64,000 nt of DNA from NCBI GenBank assembly GCA_010015805.1, contig ML978128.1:1488001-1552000 (forward strand). Direction: 5' to 3'. The first letter of the stretch is position 1; every line of letters starts with the position of its first letter. The notes below the pieces were generated by a model. That model saw only the letters and a list, made by a program, of their open reading frames with translations. It was not told where the DNA came from and made no database searches. Source of the DNA: Rhizodiscina lignyota (taxonomy: Eukaryota). This document shows positions 24,020 to 35,238 of this stretch, piece by piece. A program made the position numbers and the translations under genes.

Positions 24020-24740
24020 TTATAGAGAGCCTCTTCTATATGGGGGAGATATCTATAGGTAGTACCACCATCGGGCTCCTTTAATACATGAAATTTATAG
24101 AATAATTGAAACTGGATTTGTGAGTCCGATCATGAGGCTTCTCCACCCCACCTACACGGGCAATTCCTTTAGGCAATAAGCTAGCCTCTTCGGGCCTCTC
24201 ACCACTTGAAATTCTGTAAACTTTTGGTGAGCGCTTCTTTACAGCTCTGTAATAATCTCCTACGGTCGAATTCGAAAATCCCTCACGTACGTATCTAGAT
24301 AATGCCATTTTCTACGTAACGATCTGCTTTTCTTCTACTTACGCGTCGTTTTCGCGGAGGGACCGGGAATAGCTTTAAAATTTCTCGCGCGACCGTAGTC
24401 ACGTGGTCATATCGACCACCTGCACCACCTCCCTCTCTACTCCCCTTCCTCCTCCTTTCCTTCTCCTCCCTTAAGCACCGAAGTAGCAAGCCTAAGAGCA
24501 CCGAGCTAGCGAGTACCCAAGCACCCCAGAGAGCACCGAACCAGCGAGCAAGCATCGAAACAACAGGCACACTGGCACCGAATGGGCGGGCACCGAGGTA
24601 CCGAAATAGTAGGCACAGACGGGAGGCACCGAACATAACTGGAATAAATTCACCAGTTCACGTCACGTGCCTTACGACTACCCCTGATCACGTAACCCGG
24701 CATTTGACGCGTAGCGCATGGACATCAGGACAGTACTGAA
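24020..24740. mobile_element. Probable degraded transposon relic containing a GCACCGA array
   Basis: TpA-enriched segments; six exact GCACCGA copies between 24475 and 24632; GTCACGTG motifs on both sides. No intact ORF; boundaries approximate. Confidence 0.4.
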
Positions 24741-24841
24741 AAAAAAATCTGAGTATGTAATTTCGTGGAGTTGATTTTATTGGCGCGAATGTTGGAACAG
24801 GCACGTACTCTAACAACTCCTAGTTATGTAGTTCAGCGAGA

Positions 24842-26251
24842 TTACAGAGTCAAGCCCCATCCTCCCTCCCCGGGGGCATTGCGAACCGTTTTGTGGTTCA
24901 CGAACTCTCCCATACCCATCTCTCCGAGCTCCCTACCGTATCCCGAATTTGCGACGCCCCCGAACGGAGTCTCAGGCCCGGTATACGGTAGACAGTTCAC
25001 GCAGACCATTCCTGTATATATCTTCGACGCGACCTCATGAGCGTGTTTGACATCAGCACCGAAGACCGAGCCGCCCAGTCCAAATTTCGTTGCGTTAGCT
25101 AGATCAATAGCTTCCTGTTCCGTATCGACGACATAGAAGGACGCAATTGGGCCGAATGTTTCCTCGTAGTAGAGCGGGTTTTCCGGAGTTATATCCGTAA
25201 TAATAGTTGGCTCAAGATACCAACCAGGGCGATCAACTCGTTTCCCTCCAAGGACCACACGAGCACCGTGTGATTTCGCCTGTTCGATTTGAGATAGAAG
25301 CCCTGTCAAGGCGTCCTCAGCAACCAAAGGGCCGAGAGATGTCTTCTCATCCTGAGGGTCGCCAGGTTGAAGCCTGCTCATGTACTTGACCATACCATCG
25401 AGGAAGACCTGGCCGCGTTCTTTACCAATGACGATAAAGCGCTTCGAGCATACACATGTCTGTCCCGTCGTTATCATACGGCCTATGACAGCCTGCTTCG
25501 CAGCATTTTCAAGGTCCGCATCAGGAAGGACGACAAACGGGTCACTTCCACCAAGCTCGAGCACAACCTTCTTTAAATTGCGCCCTGCTCTCTCAGCCAC
25601 CGCTGCTCCCGCCTTCTCGCTACCTGTTAAGGTTACTCCACGAACCCGGTAGTCGTCGATCAGCATGTTGACTTGTTTAGGAGTACAAAACAAGTTCGTA
25701 TAAACGCCTTCCGGGGTGTCCGCGTGTTCAAAGAGCCTTGCGAAAGCCAGTGCGCATGCTGGCACGGCTGAAGCGTGCTTGAAGATCACCACGTTTCCCG
25801 ACACCAGCTGAGGACCAGCAACTCGCGCAAGCTGATAGTAGGGGAAGTTCCACGGCTCCACAGCCATGATGACACCAATTGGCTGCGTCAAAATCGTCGT
25901 GCCAGGGGCCTCAGGGACTGGCTTCGGCTGTAAGAATTTTTCGCCATTCTTACTATAGTATTCCAGGATATCGGCTGCAAGAGCAGTCTCGGCGCGGGCC
26001 TGGTCGATTAACTTTCCCATTTCGCGCGTCATGAGCTGGGCGTATTCCTCTGCTCTCTGGCGCAGGTGAGACGCCGCTTTCCTGAGAAACTCGGCTCGCT
26101 CCGCAATAGGACGGGTTGACCACTCCCCATAGGCCGTGTGGGCCTTGTCCAACGCTGCTGTAACTTCCGCATCTGTCGTTTCCGGAAAAACCTTCTCGAC
26201 CTTTCCCGTAGCAGGGTTGATCGTTTTGTACCGGCTCTGTGGCGCGCTCAT
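24842..26251 (-). CDS. Aldehyde dehydrogenase, succinate-semialdehyde dehydrogenase Sad/GabD1-like
   Basis: Motifs EPWNFPYYQ, KHAS, LTGSEKAG, LELGGSDP (catalytic Glu), GQTC (catalytic Cys), EETFGP and SGYGRELG. Intronless. Confidence 0.93.
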   Translation of the reverse strand: MSAPQSRYKTINPATGKVEKVFPETTDAEVTAALDKAHTAYGEWSTRPIAERAEFLRKAASHLRQRAEEYAQLMTREMGKLIDQARAETALAADILEYYSKNGEKFLQPKPVPEAPGTTILTQPIGVIMAVEPWNFPYYQLARVAGPQLVSGNVVIFKHASAVPACALAFARLFEHADTPEGVYTNLFCTPKQVNMLIDDYRVRGVTLTGSEKAGAAVAERAGRNLKKVVLELGGSDPFVVLPDADLENAAKQAVIGRMITTGQTCVCSKRFIVIGKERGQVFLDGMVKYMSRLQPGDPQDEKTSLGPLVAEDALTGLLSQIEQAKSHGARVVLGGKRVDRPGWYLEPTIITDITPENPLYYEETFGPIASFYVVDTEQEAIDLANATKFGLGGSVFGADVKHAHEVASKIYTGMVCVNCLPYTGPETPFGGVANSGYGRELGEMGMGEFVNHKTVRNAPGEGGWGLTL

Positions 26252-27440
26252 GTTGAAGCTTGCAAATTTTCAAGTTGAATATCAATAGTTAGGTAAGTTT
26301 TGACTTTGATCAAGGAGTCAAAAATCTGTGAGGCTTGCTACGCTCATTTAGACGATGTGGTTTCATTGCAACTTATAGGTTCCAGTTCCCATGGTTGCCA
26401 CGCCGAACTAACTCCTAAGGAAAATTCCCGCAAATCAGATGACTTGTCAAGAACTGGTTCAATATTGTCTCTATGATGACTGAGCACTCCATAGTTGCAT
26501 ATCAACATGGTTTGCCGCCAAGTATACTAGTATGAGAAGCATAATGACCTTAAGAGCCTGGAGTTGAACTCGTGATGCAAAGGGTGAGCTTATCTTTGGC
26601 TCGATTGAGAATGACGAAGAAGAGGGATCAGCATTGTCCCAACACTTGATCATCCTGTGACTCTCAGTGGGTATGCTTTGTCACACGATAGATACATTCG
26701 TCAGCATGAAGCTCTCGGGATTTTCACGCTTGAAACACGGCTCTCAAGGCGTCTTGAGTCAAACGCGAGCTATGACGGGAGCTCCCAAGACTTCAAAGAC
26801 CGATCACCAGCTTGGACAGCAATGTCGTATGACGGGTACATTAGCGTTACCCTAATTACATGCGCACGAGCGGCTCTACTCAACAAACACTTGTTTTTCT
26901 CTCCTGATACACTGGTTCTCCTTCCACAAAAGTGCCTCGCCTATTGCCGATGCATCGCTAGCCTCGCCATTGTTGACGTAACGCCGATTCATATCCTCCA
27001 CCAAAGCCGGAGTGGCGGCCTATACGGGACGTTTCTACACGCCAGGACTCGGGTGACTCGCCTACTGGATTCCGGCGTGATGTTGCCCCGTGGAATGGCA
27101 TGTCTGGCACTGGGAGTCTTTGGTACTGGAATATTGACTCCTTGCCGTAGACGCAAGCTAGACATGAACTCGGACAATGCTGCAACACTTGAGAATCCCA
27201 GCTGATCAAAGCACCCGGTAGTTGTTGAGGCCTCTCTCGACACTTTGAAACGACAACATCATTAACATGTCGATATGATTGAACTGATTTCGAAGGACGC
27301 TACATAGCATCTAAAAGTGGCCTTTATAGAAGCAGGAAATGAGACTATGTAGAAGCGCCACATAACACCGATATGAGACGCCCGCCAAACTCTGCACCAC
27401 GCCCAACTTCGCTACTCTTCCCATCCATCGTGATTATGCC

Positions 27441-28451
27441 CTAGTGTTGTTCTGGGATCAACACACCTCTGTACCGCATCTTGCCACTAGTCAAGACATT
27501 GAAAGCCTCCTCAATTCCCTCGACACTGAGGGGGAACGTATTGAGAAGGGGCTTGATCCCATTCCTGGCCGCAAAGTCAAGCATGTGCTGGTGCGCGAAT
27601 CTCGGCGAAACCAAGCTCCCTTGAACAGCTAATCCCCTCATAAGCAGTGGCTCGTAGGGAACCTTGAAATCGCCGTCCGACACTGTGAGTGGTATGATCT
27701 TGCCCTCGGGCGCGAGGAGGGGGAGGTATACGTTCCAGTCGGGGAGGTAGGAGGAGGTTACAATCAAGTAGTCGAGGTGGCTCTGCAGTGCTGGGTCATC
27801 GATCTCGCTCTTGCCCTTCGTGGCGTAGAACTTGTTCGCTCCGAGGCGTTTGGCTTCAGCCTCCTTAGAGTCTGTGCCAGAAAAGACGACTGCCTCCGCG
27901 CCCATCTTAGAGATGAATTGGATAGCAAGGTGACCTAGGCCACCGACCCCGATGACACCGACGCGGCTAGTTGGGCCAATGCCGTAGAGTTCCATAGCAC
28001 TCCATACTGTAGCGCCTCCGCACATTAGAGGAGCTGCCTCAGCGTCGGTCAGGCCTTCAGGAACGCGAAACAGGAAGCTCTCGCGCCACACGCCGTGCGA
28101 AGCCATGCTACCCTGATCGAAGTTGGCTGCTCCGTACGTCTCGCGCTTGGCGCAATAAGTCTCGTGGCCGGTCCAACACTTCTCGCACATGCCACAGCTA
28201 TTGTGGAGGTAGCCCCAGCCGACACGATCGCCCTTTCGAAGATTCTTGACTACAGGGCCAACTTCTTGAACGATACCAACGCCCTCATGTCCGAGAGCCA
28301 TATCCGCGTGGCGATAGTGAACATCGGTGAAGCAGAGGCCAGATGCGGTGATTCGAACGAGCACTTGGTCGTACGTGAGGTCAGGCTTGGTGGTGATAGC
28401 CTCCTTGATGGAGCCATCTTTTTGGGCCTTGAAGACTGTGAAGGATGGCAT
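27441..28451 (-). CDS. Zinc-dependent alcohol dehydrogenase (cinnamyl-alcohol-dehydrogenase-like)
   Basis: GLCFTD, GHEGVG, structural zinc site CGMCEKC...C, APLMCGG, GVGGLG, MRYRGVL. Intronless. Confidence 0.95.
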   Translation of the reverse strand: MPSFTVFKAQKDGSIKEAITTKPDLTYDQVLVRITASGLCFTDVHYRHADMALGHEGVGIVQEVGPVVKNLRKGDRVGWGYLHNSCGMCEKCWTGHETYCAKRETYGAANFDQGSMASHGVWRESFLFRVPEGLTDAEAAPLMCGGATVWSAMELYGIGPTSRVGVIGVGGLGHLAIQFISKMGAEAVVFSGTDSKEAEAKRLGANKFYATKGKSEIDDPALQSHLDYLIVTSSYLPDWNVYLPLLAPEGKIIPLTVSDGDFKVPYEPLLMRGLAVQGSLVSPRFAHQHMLDFAARNGIKPLLNTFPLSVEGIEEAFNVLTSGKMRYRGVLIPEQH

Positions 28452-29285
28452 TGTTCGTATGGTTTGTGTTTGGTGAACTTTGTAAAGAGGATATTAGATG
28501 TTGATAAACACTTGAAAGGCCGTCTTATGCTGGCTTGTTCCTGTTCTTGTGAAGCTGAACTGATTGTGATGATGGAGCCCTACCGAGCTCGAGGAAGAGA
28601 GAGTGATATAGCGAACCCCTGTCCACATGATTGTGCCCATTCTGAATGCTCCATGACGTCCTGTCTCCGTTCGGATATCAACAAACATAACTTACATAAT
28701 GCAACGACATGTAGTGGAGACGAAAGTAATCAAACTGATTGCTAATAACGAGATAGTCGGAGGAAACTTGGGCAATCGAGATATATGGATAGGAATACTG
28801 AGCATACATTCCAGTATCGTGCTGGCAAAAGAAGGCATGGCATCGCTTAATAGGGAAAGGCGCTAGTGCAAGATTTGTTGAGATTCGCCAGATGAGCGGA
28901 GTGATTGGTGGAGTAGCCAGTCAGGCATTTCGTTTGATGTAGGGATGTACTACAGCGGTATCAGGTAAGCGGCTCGGAGCACATGTTTTGACGTCAAAAG
29001 GGAGCGAGATACATAACTCTCAGGGCAGAGTACATAAGTCTGGGGAGCCGAGAAACGCCCGAATCACTGTCGAGCTAGGCGACTGCGACCAGCGTGGCCG
29101 GAGGTTTTTCTGCATCCTAAAAGAAGCTAGCCATGTCTAGCCGCTCCAGCCACTCTAGCCACAGCTCACAGCCACATGGAAATCATGTCATGTACATTGC
29201 GCTGTACCCTTTGCTTAGCGAGAGATTAGTGTCTCGCATCACGTCCAAGGCCACACGATAGCGAAGAGATCCCAGAACCGGGACT

Positions 29286-29406
29286 ATGAGCAGGAGTGAT
29301 CCAGGCTGAGCTATCACTAGGTGTGACTGAGTAAGACTGAGCACGAGTGAGCACAACTAAGCAAGAGTCGGTAGAGCTTGAGCAGTGGCAGCGCAGGACT
29401 GAGCAG
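29286..29406. repeat. Helically phased array of (C)TGAGCA-like motifs
   Basis: Motif starts at 29286, 29306, 29327, 29337, 29347, 29357, 29378, 29399. Confidence 0.6.
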
Positions 29407-30445
29407 AGTAAAGACTGGTTTCCCGGTAGACAAATAGCTGAAGAATAGTAGTGATATATTAGCGATAGCCTTATGAATTGACGTTGGAAATTATCATAGT
29501 GTCTGAACTGAAAATCTGTGATCTGTTCACGCTGTGTTTCTCTACGCGGGGACTCGGGATTTCTAGGCCGGCAAATCTATGGGAGATTTGTCGCTTCGTC
29601 AGCATTTTCCCCCCCGGGTTAAGGGTGGAATCCAACCTCGTTGTGAGGCGTGCTAGTGGACGCAGCGATTTCTCTTCAGAGTACGATCTAAAAGGCAACC
29701 TCATCCTGCATAACAGATGCTTACTAGGACGATGCAAGAAGGGGCAAGGGGGCTTCCTCTCACCTTGCAGAGTTGCTGTGCACGGCTGGTACAAATCATA
29801 TGCAGAAGTGCTGCGCGAATACCTCAGATCAATACTTTTGTTCGGGCCAGTCGGCGAATTCTCTGGTTTAGCAACATCATTGACGCCTCTTATCAAATAC
29901 CGTCACCGCTCCGGCTGTTATTCTCCGACCGTCTACTGATTTGCGCTGCCTTCAAATACCCAGTCGAATATCACACCTCTGACGGTTCGGCCCTAAAATC
30001 GTCCGCAGCTCTATGTTAACAGATCCATACGTGAAGTCAAGTCGCCGAACTGAGGGAACAGAAACATCTCCGCTGGCTGAAATCAACGGTGTCCGGTCGT
30101 CTGCGATGCTATACGCTACATCTCCAACACCGTTTTACGAAGCCAAGATTATTATCTCAGAACCTTTTCCACCAACTACCCGATACGTCTATTCGTGACT
30201 TCGTTACAGCTCTCTTGCCCATTGTCATTGATCTGATCAGTGAATTGCAGTAAGAATTCGCACGATATTTCCAACTAAGCGGAATGCTGCCCTTGCCACT
30301 TTCCCATTTTCTTATTTTGCAATTGTCCGTCCGCCGGACTAAGGCTTTGCTAGGTACGGAGGTGGTATGTCTGAGAAATACGGAGATATAGCTCAGGGTA
30401 TCTTGCACGAGTATCACATGAGTACTCAGGCCATTTCGTACGAGC

Positions 30446-30994
30446 CAGTGATCTAAATAGACTGGATATTACTTAGATTGGAGCGGATATCCGCTTACTA
30501 ATTCCAGATAGATATCTGCTTACGTAATATCTAGATAGATATACCTCTTTAATCTATCTGCTCTATGGATATCTAGTTACTAGCCTTCTTTAGGCTAGCT
30601 TATACCTAAACTAGCTAGTATATACTTAGGTAAATACTACTAAGCTACTTTAGGATTATCGATAAGATAAGATAAGACATTATATAACGCGCTGAGCGTG
30701 TACCTAAGTCCCTTCTAAGCGCTCTTTTCTACTGCCTTATTATAAGGCTTATAAAGTAATTATATACGTATTACACTCTATATTTACTTTTACTTATATA
30801 GGGGTAGTAGAGAAGAGCGGTTTTAACGTATATAGAACGCTCTTTACTAATATCTTAAGCTCGATTACAACTGCCTAATTAGGTAATACCTTACTAGATA
30901 TCTAGTCGGATATCCTGGATATCTATGCTTACGTAATTGGATAGAGATTCAAATTTCAAAAATATCCATCTGCTCCAATCCATTTAGATCACTG
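30446..30994. mobile_element. Non-autonomous hAT-type DNA transposon (MITE-like), 549 bp, RIP-mutated
   Basis: TIR CAGTGATCTAAAT is perfect for 13 bp and matches 19 of 21 bp with two transitions. 8-bp TSD GTACGAGC at 30438-30445 and 30995-31002. Subterminal GGATAT/GATATC repeats; TpA-rich interior. Confidence 0.92.
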
Positions 30995-31200
30995 GTACGA
31001 GCACCTCGGCGATCTCGCACGAGTATCTTGCAAACCGGGATTCGATCATTGGGATGGATCTAATTTGCCCCTGCTGCCAGTTTATAAGCAAGGCAATGTG
31101 CCTAGCAGCTTATGACGACCTCCTATATAAGAACTAGCTCTATTGCAACTCTTCGTGTTACATTCGACTCTTCAGACGTTATTAGCACCTCGTTTACATC

Positions 31201-31751
31201 ATGAGCGGAGACATCGTCACTGGAAAATGCGCCTGCGAGGAGGTCAAGTTCCACGTCAGGGGTAATGCAATCACCACGCTTGCATGTTATTGCCCACAAT
31301 GCAGGAAAGCGAGTGGTGGTTCTGGTCACTTGGTATGTCCCATGAACACTCAAGAACTTCTTTCGACGCTCATGCTAAGTGGTATGTCACAGTTAGCTAT
31401 ATATGACACGGAGCAAGTCGAAGTCGATTCCGGCTCTGAACACCTTGGTACATTCGTGATCGAAGGAGATAAAACCACCAGCGGCCACGATAAGGTCAAG
31501 GTTTTCTGTAAAGAGTGCGGGACAACGTTATGGTATAAGGTTAACGAAGGCGAGAGAACGGTCGTTATCACTGCGACCTTGGATGCCGAGTAGGGCCCCC
31601 TTCAACATCGATACGACAAAGCATGTGCTGAACTCGACGTAGTTACGAAAAGACCAAACCTCAATCGGAGATCTTTACGCGAAACCAACCAAGCTTCATC
31701 CCCAGGATTGACGGGACACATAGATTCGAAGGGATGGTTGCGCCGGTATAG
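31201..31751 (+). CDS. GFA / Mss4-like (glutathione-dependent formaldehyde-activating family) zinc protein, 3 exons
   Basis: Exons 31201-31332, 31393-31589, 31643-31751. Motifs GKCACEEV, CYCPQCRK, FCKECGT and C-terminal PQSEIFTR. Confidence 0.9.
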
Positions 31752-32244
31752 TACGGTGTGTCTTACCCTGGTTGGGCATCGTAAGCTGCCACTCGGAGAT
31801 GCTTCGGCATCCAGTGTCCTGTTCAAGCAAGTTTTGTTGACCAAGAATGCAGACCACACGCTTTTCCTCTTCAATCTATGTCATCATCAAGGAGCGCCGA
31901 TGCTAAGGAAGAAAGCTATGTGGAACAAGGTGTACCGACAGAAGGGATACCGCAATAGCAAATTGAAACTTGTTTTCACATTCTCGAACATCAATAGAAC
32001 ACGTGCACCGATGCAGAATGGTACAATCCCGGACTACGATGGAGGTGTGATAAGCGAAATTAGATTATTGCTACAAGGTTTCAGGGAATGTTCGCCGGGT
32101 CGTCGGAGGGGTCGTCTTGCGTGCAGGTTTGCGAGTCGTTCCAAGTCGCCAACACGCCTAAGTCGATCGCCCGCGAAATTCATCGTCACTGCTAGCCAGT
32201 TCAACACCAGCAAGATGTACGAAAACTGACGCCTTCATATTCAT

Positions 32245-34086
32245 CTACGCCTGATTTCTCTTAAACATAAACTCCTTCGTCCGGTCCGGCATGAGATTAG
32301 AATCCCATAACTGATTTGGGTATCTCTCGTGCGCGCCGTCCAGCATCTTGATCTCATAGTTCAGCAAAAGATTCGCCAGGATAATCTTGATTTCATTGGC
32401 GGCGAAGAATCGGCCAGGACATGCGTGCCTTCCGTATCCGAACTGCATTGCCTTGTCTGATACGGCGACGTACTGCTCCCGCCCTGCCTGAAGACCACTA
32501 TGCTCTTCGCGCATTCGTGCCCAACGGAATCCATCGAACGTTGACGCTGATTGGAGATGCTTGTCATCGTGGGCAATGGCGTCCGATGGAGCAAGAAGTA
32601 CTGTGCCTGCACGGAGTTGAGTTCCGTCTGAGAGTGTAACATCGCGTAAAATTTTGCGGCGGAATGAGGCTGTCAAAGAGAATTAGTTTGCAGCCAAGCA
32701 TAAAATGGCGCACATGATTGATGTTGGAGGGCCATGGATAGAAATATACTGACCGACGGTGACCGGGTTCATTCTATTACATTCTTTCATGAAACTGTCA
32801 AGCTTCTTCAACTGCTCCATCGTTCGCTTTGTGAAAACTCCATCATTTTGGTTTAAAACAGTCCGCAGTTCCTCCCGCAACGGCTGTATGTACTCGGGTC
32901 TTGGTGCCAATTCATTCAGGGCTTGCAAGACTCCCATTGTTGTTGTGTGGATCGCTGCAAGACTAAGGCTAAGCTGTTCGCGCGTCATCTTGTCCAAATC
33001 TCTCCGTTCCGTCTCGGTGGCTCTGTCCATTAACCACTGCAGACTGTCGTTTGGCTTTTGGTAATCTTTACCTCCTTCAGCTTCGGCCTTAATGCGCCTG
33101 GAGACAAGAGGTCCGATTATTCTCTTCGCATCTATGCCAAGCTGCACAGCGCGTCGATAGTCGGACAAGAAACGATAGACGAATGGACGCAGTTGGGGAT
33201 GCCACTTCTTTATCCCAAAAGATGCTGCGAATGCCACGTTCGTGTAGTCGATACTGATACCCATCCATTCCTCGTTACGACAGGTCTCTTCGCCAACAAA
33301 AATACGACCGGAGACCCTCGCAATGACCCGTAGGAGGACGTTGTTCGCATTGATTGCAGTCCAATCTTTACATATCGGCATTTCGTCAGAGAGTGCGCTC
33401 TGAACTTCGTCAACGATCTCCGGCATGAGAGTAGCTATTGCTCAGTGTAAGCCGAAGTCAATGTTGCAGCTGCCGAGTATCTTACCCAGCTGCGGTGTCA
33501 GATCTGCCTTCACGACATGAATACGCAAGGGGCTCTCGACCAGGATTGTAGAATACTTGGCAGCCAACGACTGTATATGTAAGCTTGATGATACAGGACA
33601 GTATACCGCTCGTATTCGTACCTCTTCGAGTGCCTCGACCGCGGATATGGTGCTATCAGGTAGCTTCCTGAGTTCATCGAGCATATGCTGAGGTGGGACA
33701 ACGATGGCACCTTATTCTGGTCAGCCGTTCAAGACAGAAGAGTAGACAAGGCGAAAGTGGTCGGTGAGATACCATCTGCAGTATTGACTGCCCAGAAGCG
33801 ACTAGGAAACTTGACCTAAATTAGCTTGTTGTTTCGTTATTGTATGGAGCAGCGGTCCTACCTTCGTGTAGCCTTCGTTCAACACCTCACGGGTATTGAC
33901 GAGCCATTTGAACTTCTGATCTTTAACACTAAGCTCCTGCTGAATGAAGGGGAAGCCATTGATGGGCCTATCTGAGGAAAGAAAGGTATAGGCGAAGAAT
34001 CCGGCAAAGAGAATCCCCGTTGCCAGGACTATGAGCGCGAATTGCTGTGAGACGAGAGAATAAGTTTGGTTGGAATCTAGATCCAT
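32245..34086 (-). CDS. Cytochrome P450 (ent-kaurene-oxidase-like group), 6 exons
   Basis: Exons 34086-33862, 33809-33773, 33710-33622, 33570-33486, 33434-32754, 32669-32245 join in frame. N-terminal TM anchor, AAIHTT (I helix), KECNR (ExxR), FDGFRW and heme motif FGYGRHACPG. Confidence 0.93.
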
Positions 34087-35238
34087 AGCTAAAAAGAACA
34101 CAAAGATGGACAGATGGACAGGTAGAAGGTAGGAGCTGATGACTCTGAGAACAATATGAATGCAAATTTGCCATCGAATCCAAGCAGCGCCCTTCGGCAA
34201 TACTTGTATAAGACCTCCCACGATCACCACAAGCATCACGAAAACGGAAGGATGCTTTCCAATTCGCGTTCTACCCAATTTTGGGAAAAGCTCAAATGTT
34301 TCATTCTGCAAGGAGTTGCAGGATCTCGGATTTCATCCCACAGTGCAGCTTATGTTATGTCACGGGCACTTTGGAACGTGAGACGGTCGAAATTGGCGAG
34401 ACTGCGAGGCTCGAGAGCATTTGCGGCCAGGATGCCTGGCTCCACAGCTCTCCACTCAGATTCGGCCTATTAGTTCGACCTGTTAGCGCTGCCCTATTGA
34501 AAAGTCTATGACCCGCTTCGGGGTCCCCGTCATTATAAAAACCGGAGGATATCCACCTGGGGCCCTCCAGCTCAGCCCGGCTTTGCGCCCGGATATACTT
34601 CAGCTTCAGACAGCGAGACGCGTAATGGCTGATCTTCCCGCTTTCCATATAGCAGCTGTTCGTTATGGTATTGAACATTAGTCCGAGAAATATATAGCAG
34701 GATAGAGGTTACATTTCCAAGTTGTGCGGAGATTCTGCGGCCGCATGTGCACGATAGCTTACGGACACCAGACCTAAATCGGATAATCTACAATCGACAC
34801 TACGCCAGTCTAGACATAGGTCCCATGGCCGAAGCAATGATACTGAAATAAATATGTCGAAAGAAGAGCCTCGGCTCATACCCATGACCATGAGGTGGCC
34901 TGAAGAATGCGAAGGAATGATGGTACCGCAGTCGGTAGTCACAGAGTGCGATAAGGGCGAATTCTGTATTATGTCAGCTTAACGTTAGGTCCTCACATCT
35001 AAATTGCCATGGCCCACGGGATCTGCGAGGACAAAGTGAGACATTCAATTTGCGTTATCAGGTTTATCGATGCATATTGAGCATTTATGTTGCTTAATAA
35101 TTATGTCTCTAGTTGCATGAACTATACTAAAGTCTAAGTGGATACATACTATCCAATAAGCAATGGCCAAGCTTTTATTTAGAGAACGAGCCCACTAGAT
35201 GGAATCCAAACCTAGAAGCTCGATGAGTAAGATCTTAC

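Noticed and set aside
24475..24632. CRISPR-like repeat-spacer appearance (also at 1289-1392 and 29286-29406)
   Set aside because: Repeats are only 5-7 bp with short irregular spacers, there are no cas genes, and the context is eukaryotic.
29286..29406. Mac1-type copper-response elements (TTTGCTCA)
   Set aside because: Only the TGAGCA core matches; the flanking AAA is absent and the neighbouring gene is not a copper-uptake gene.
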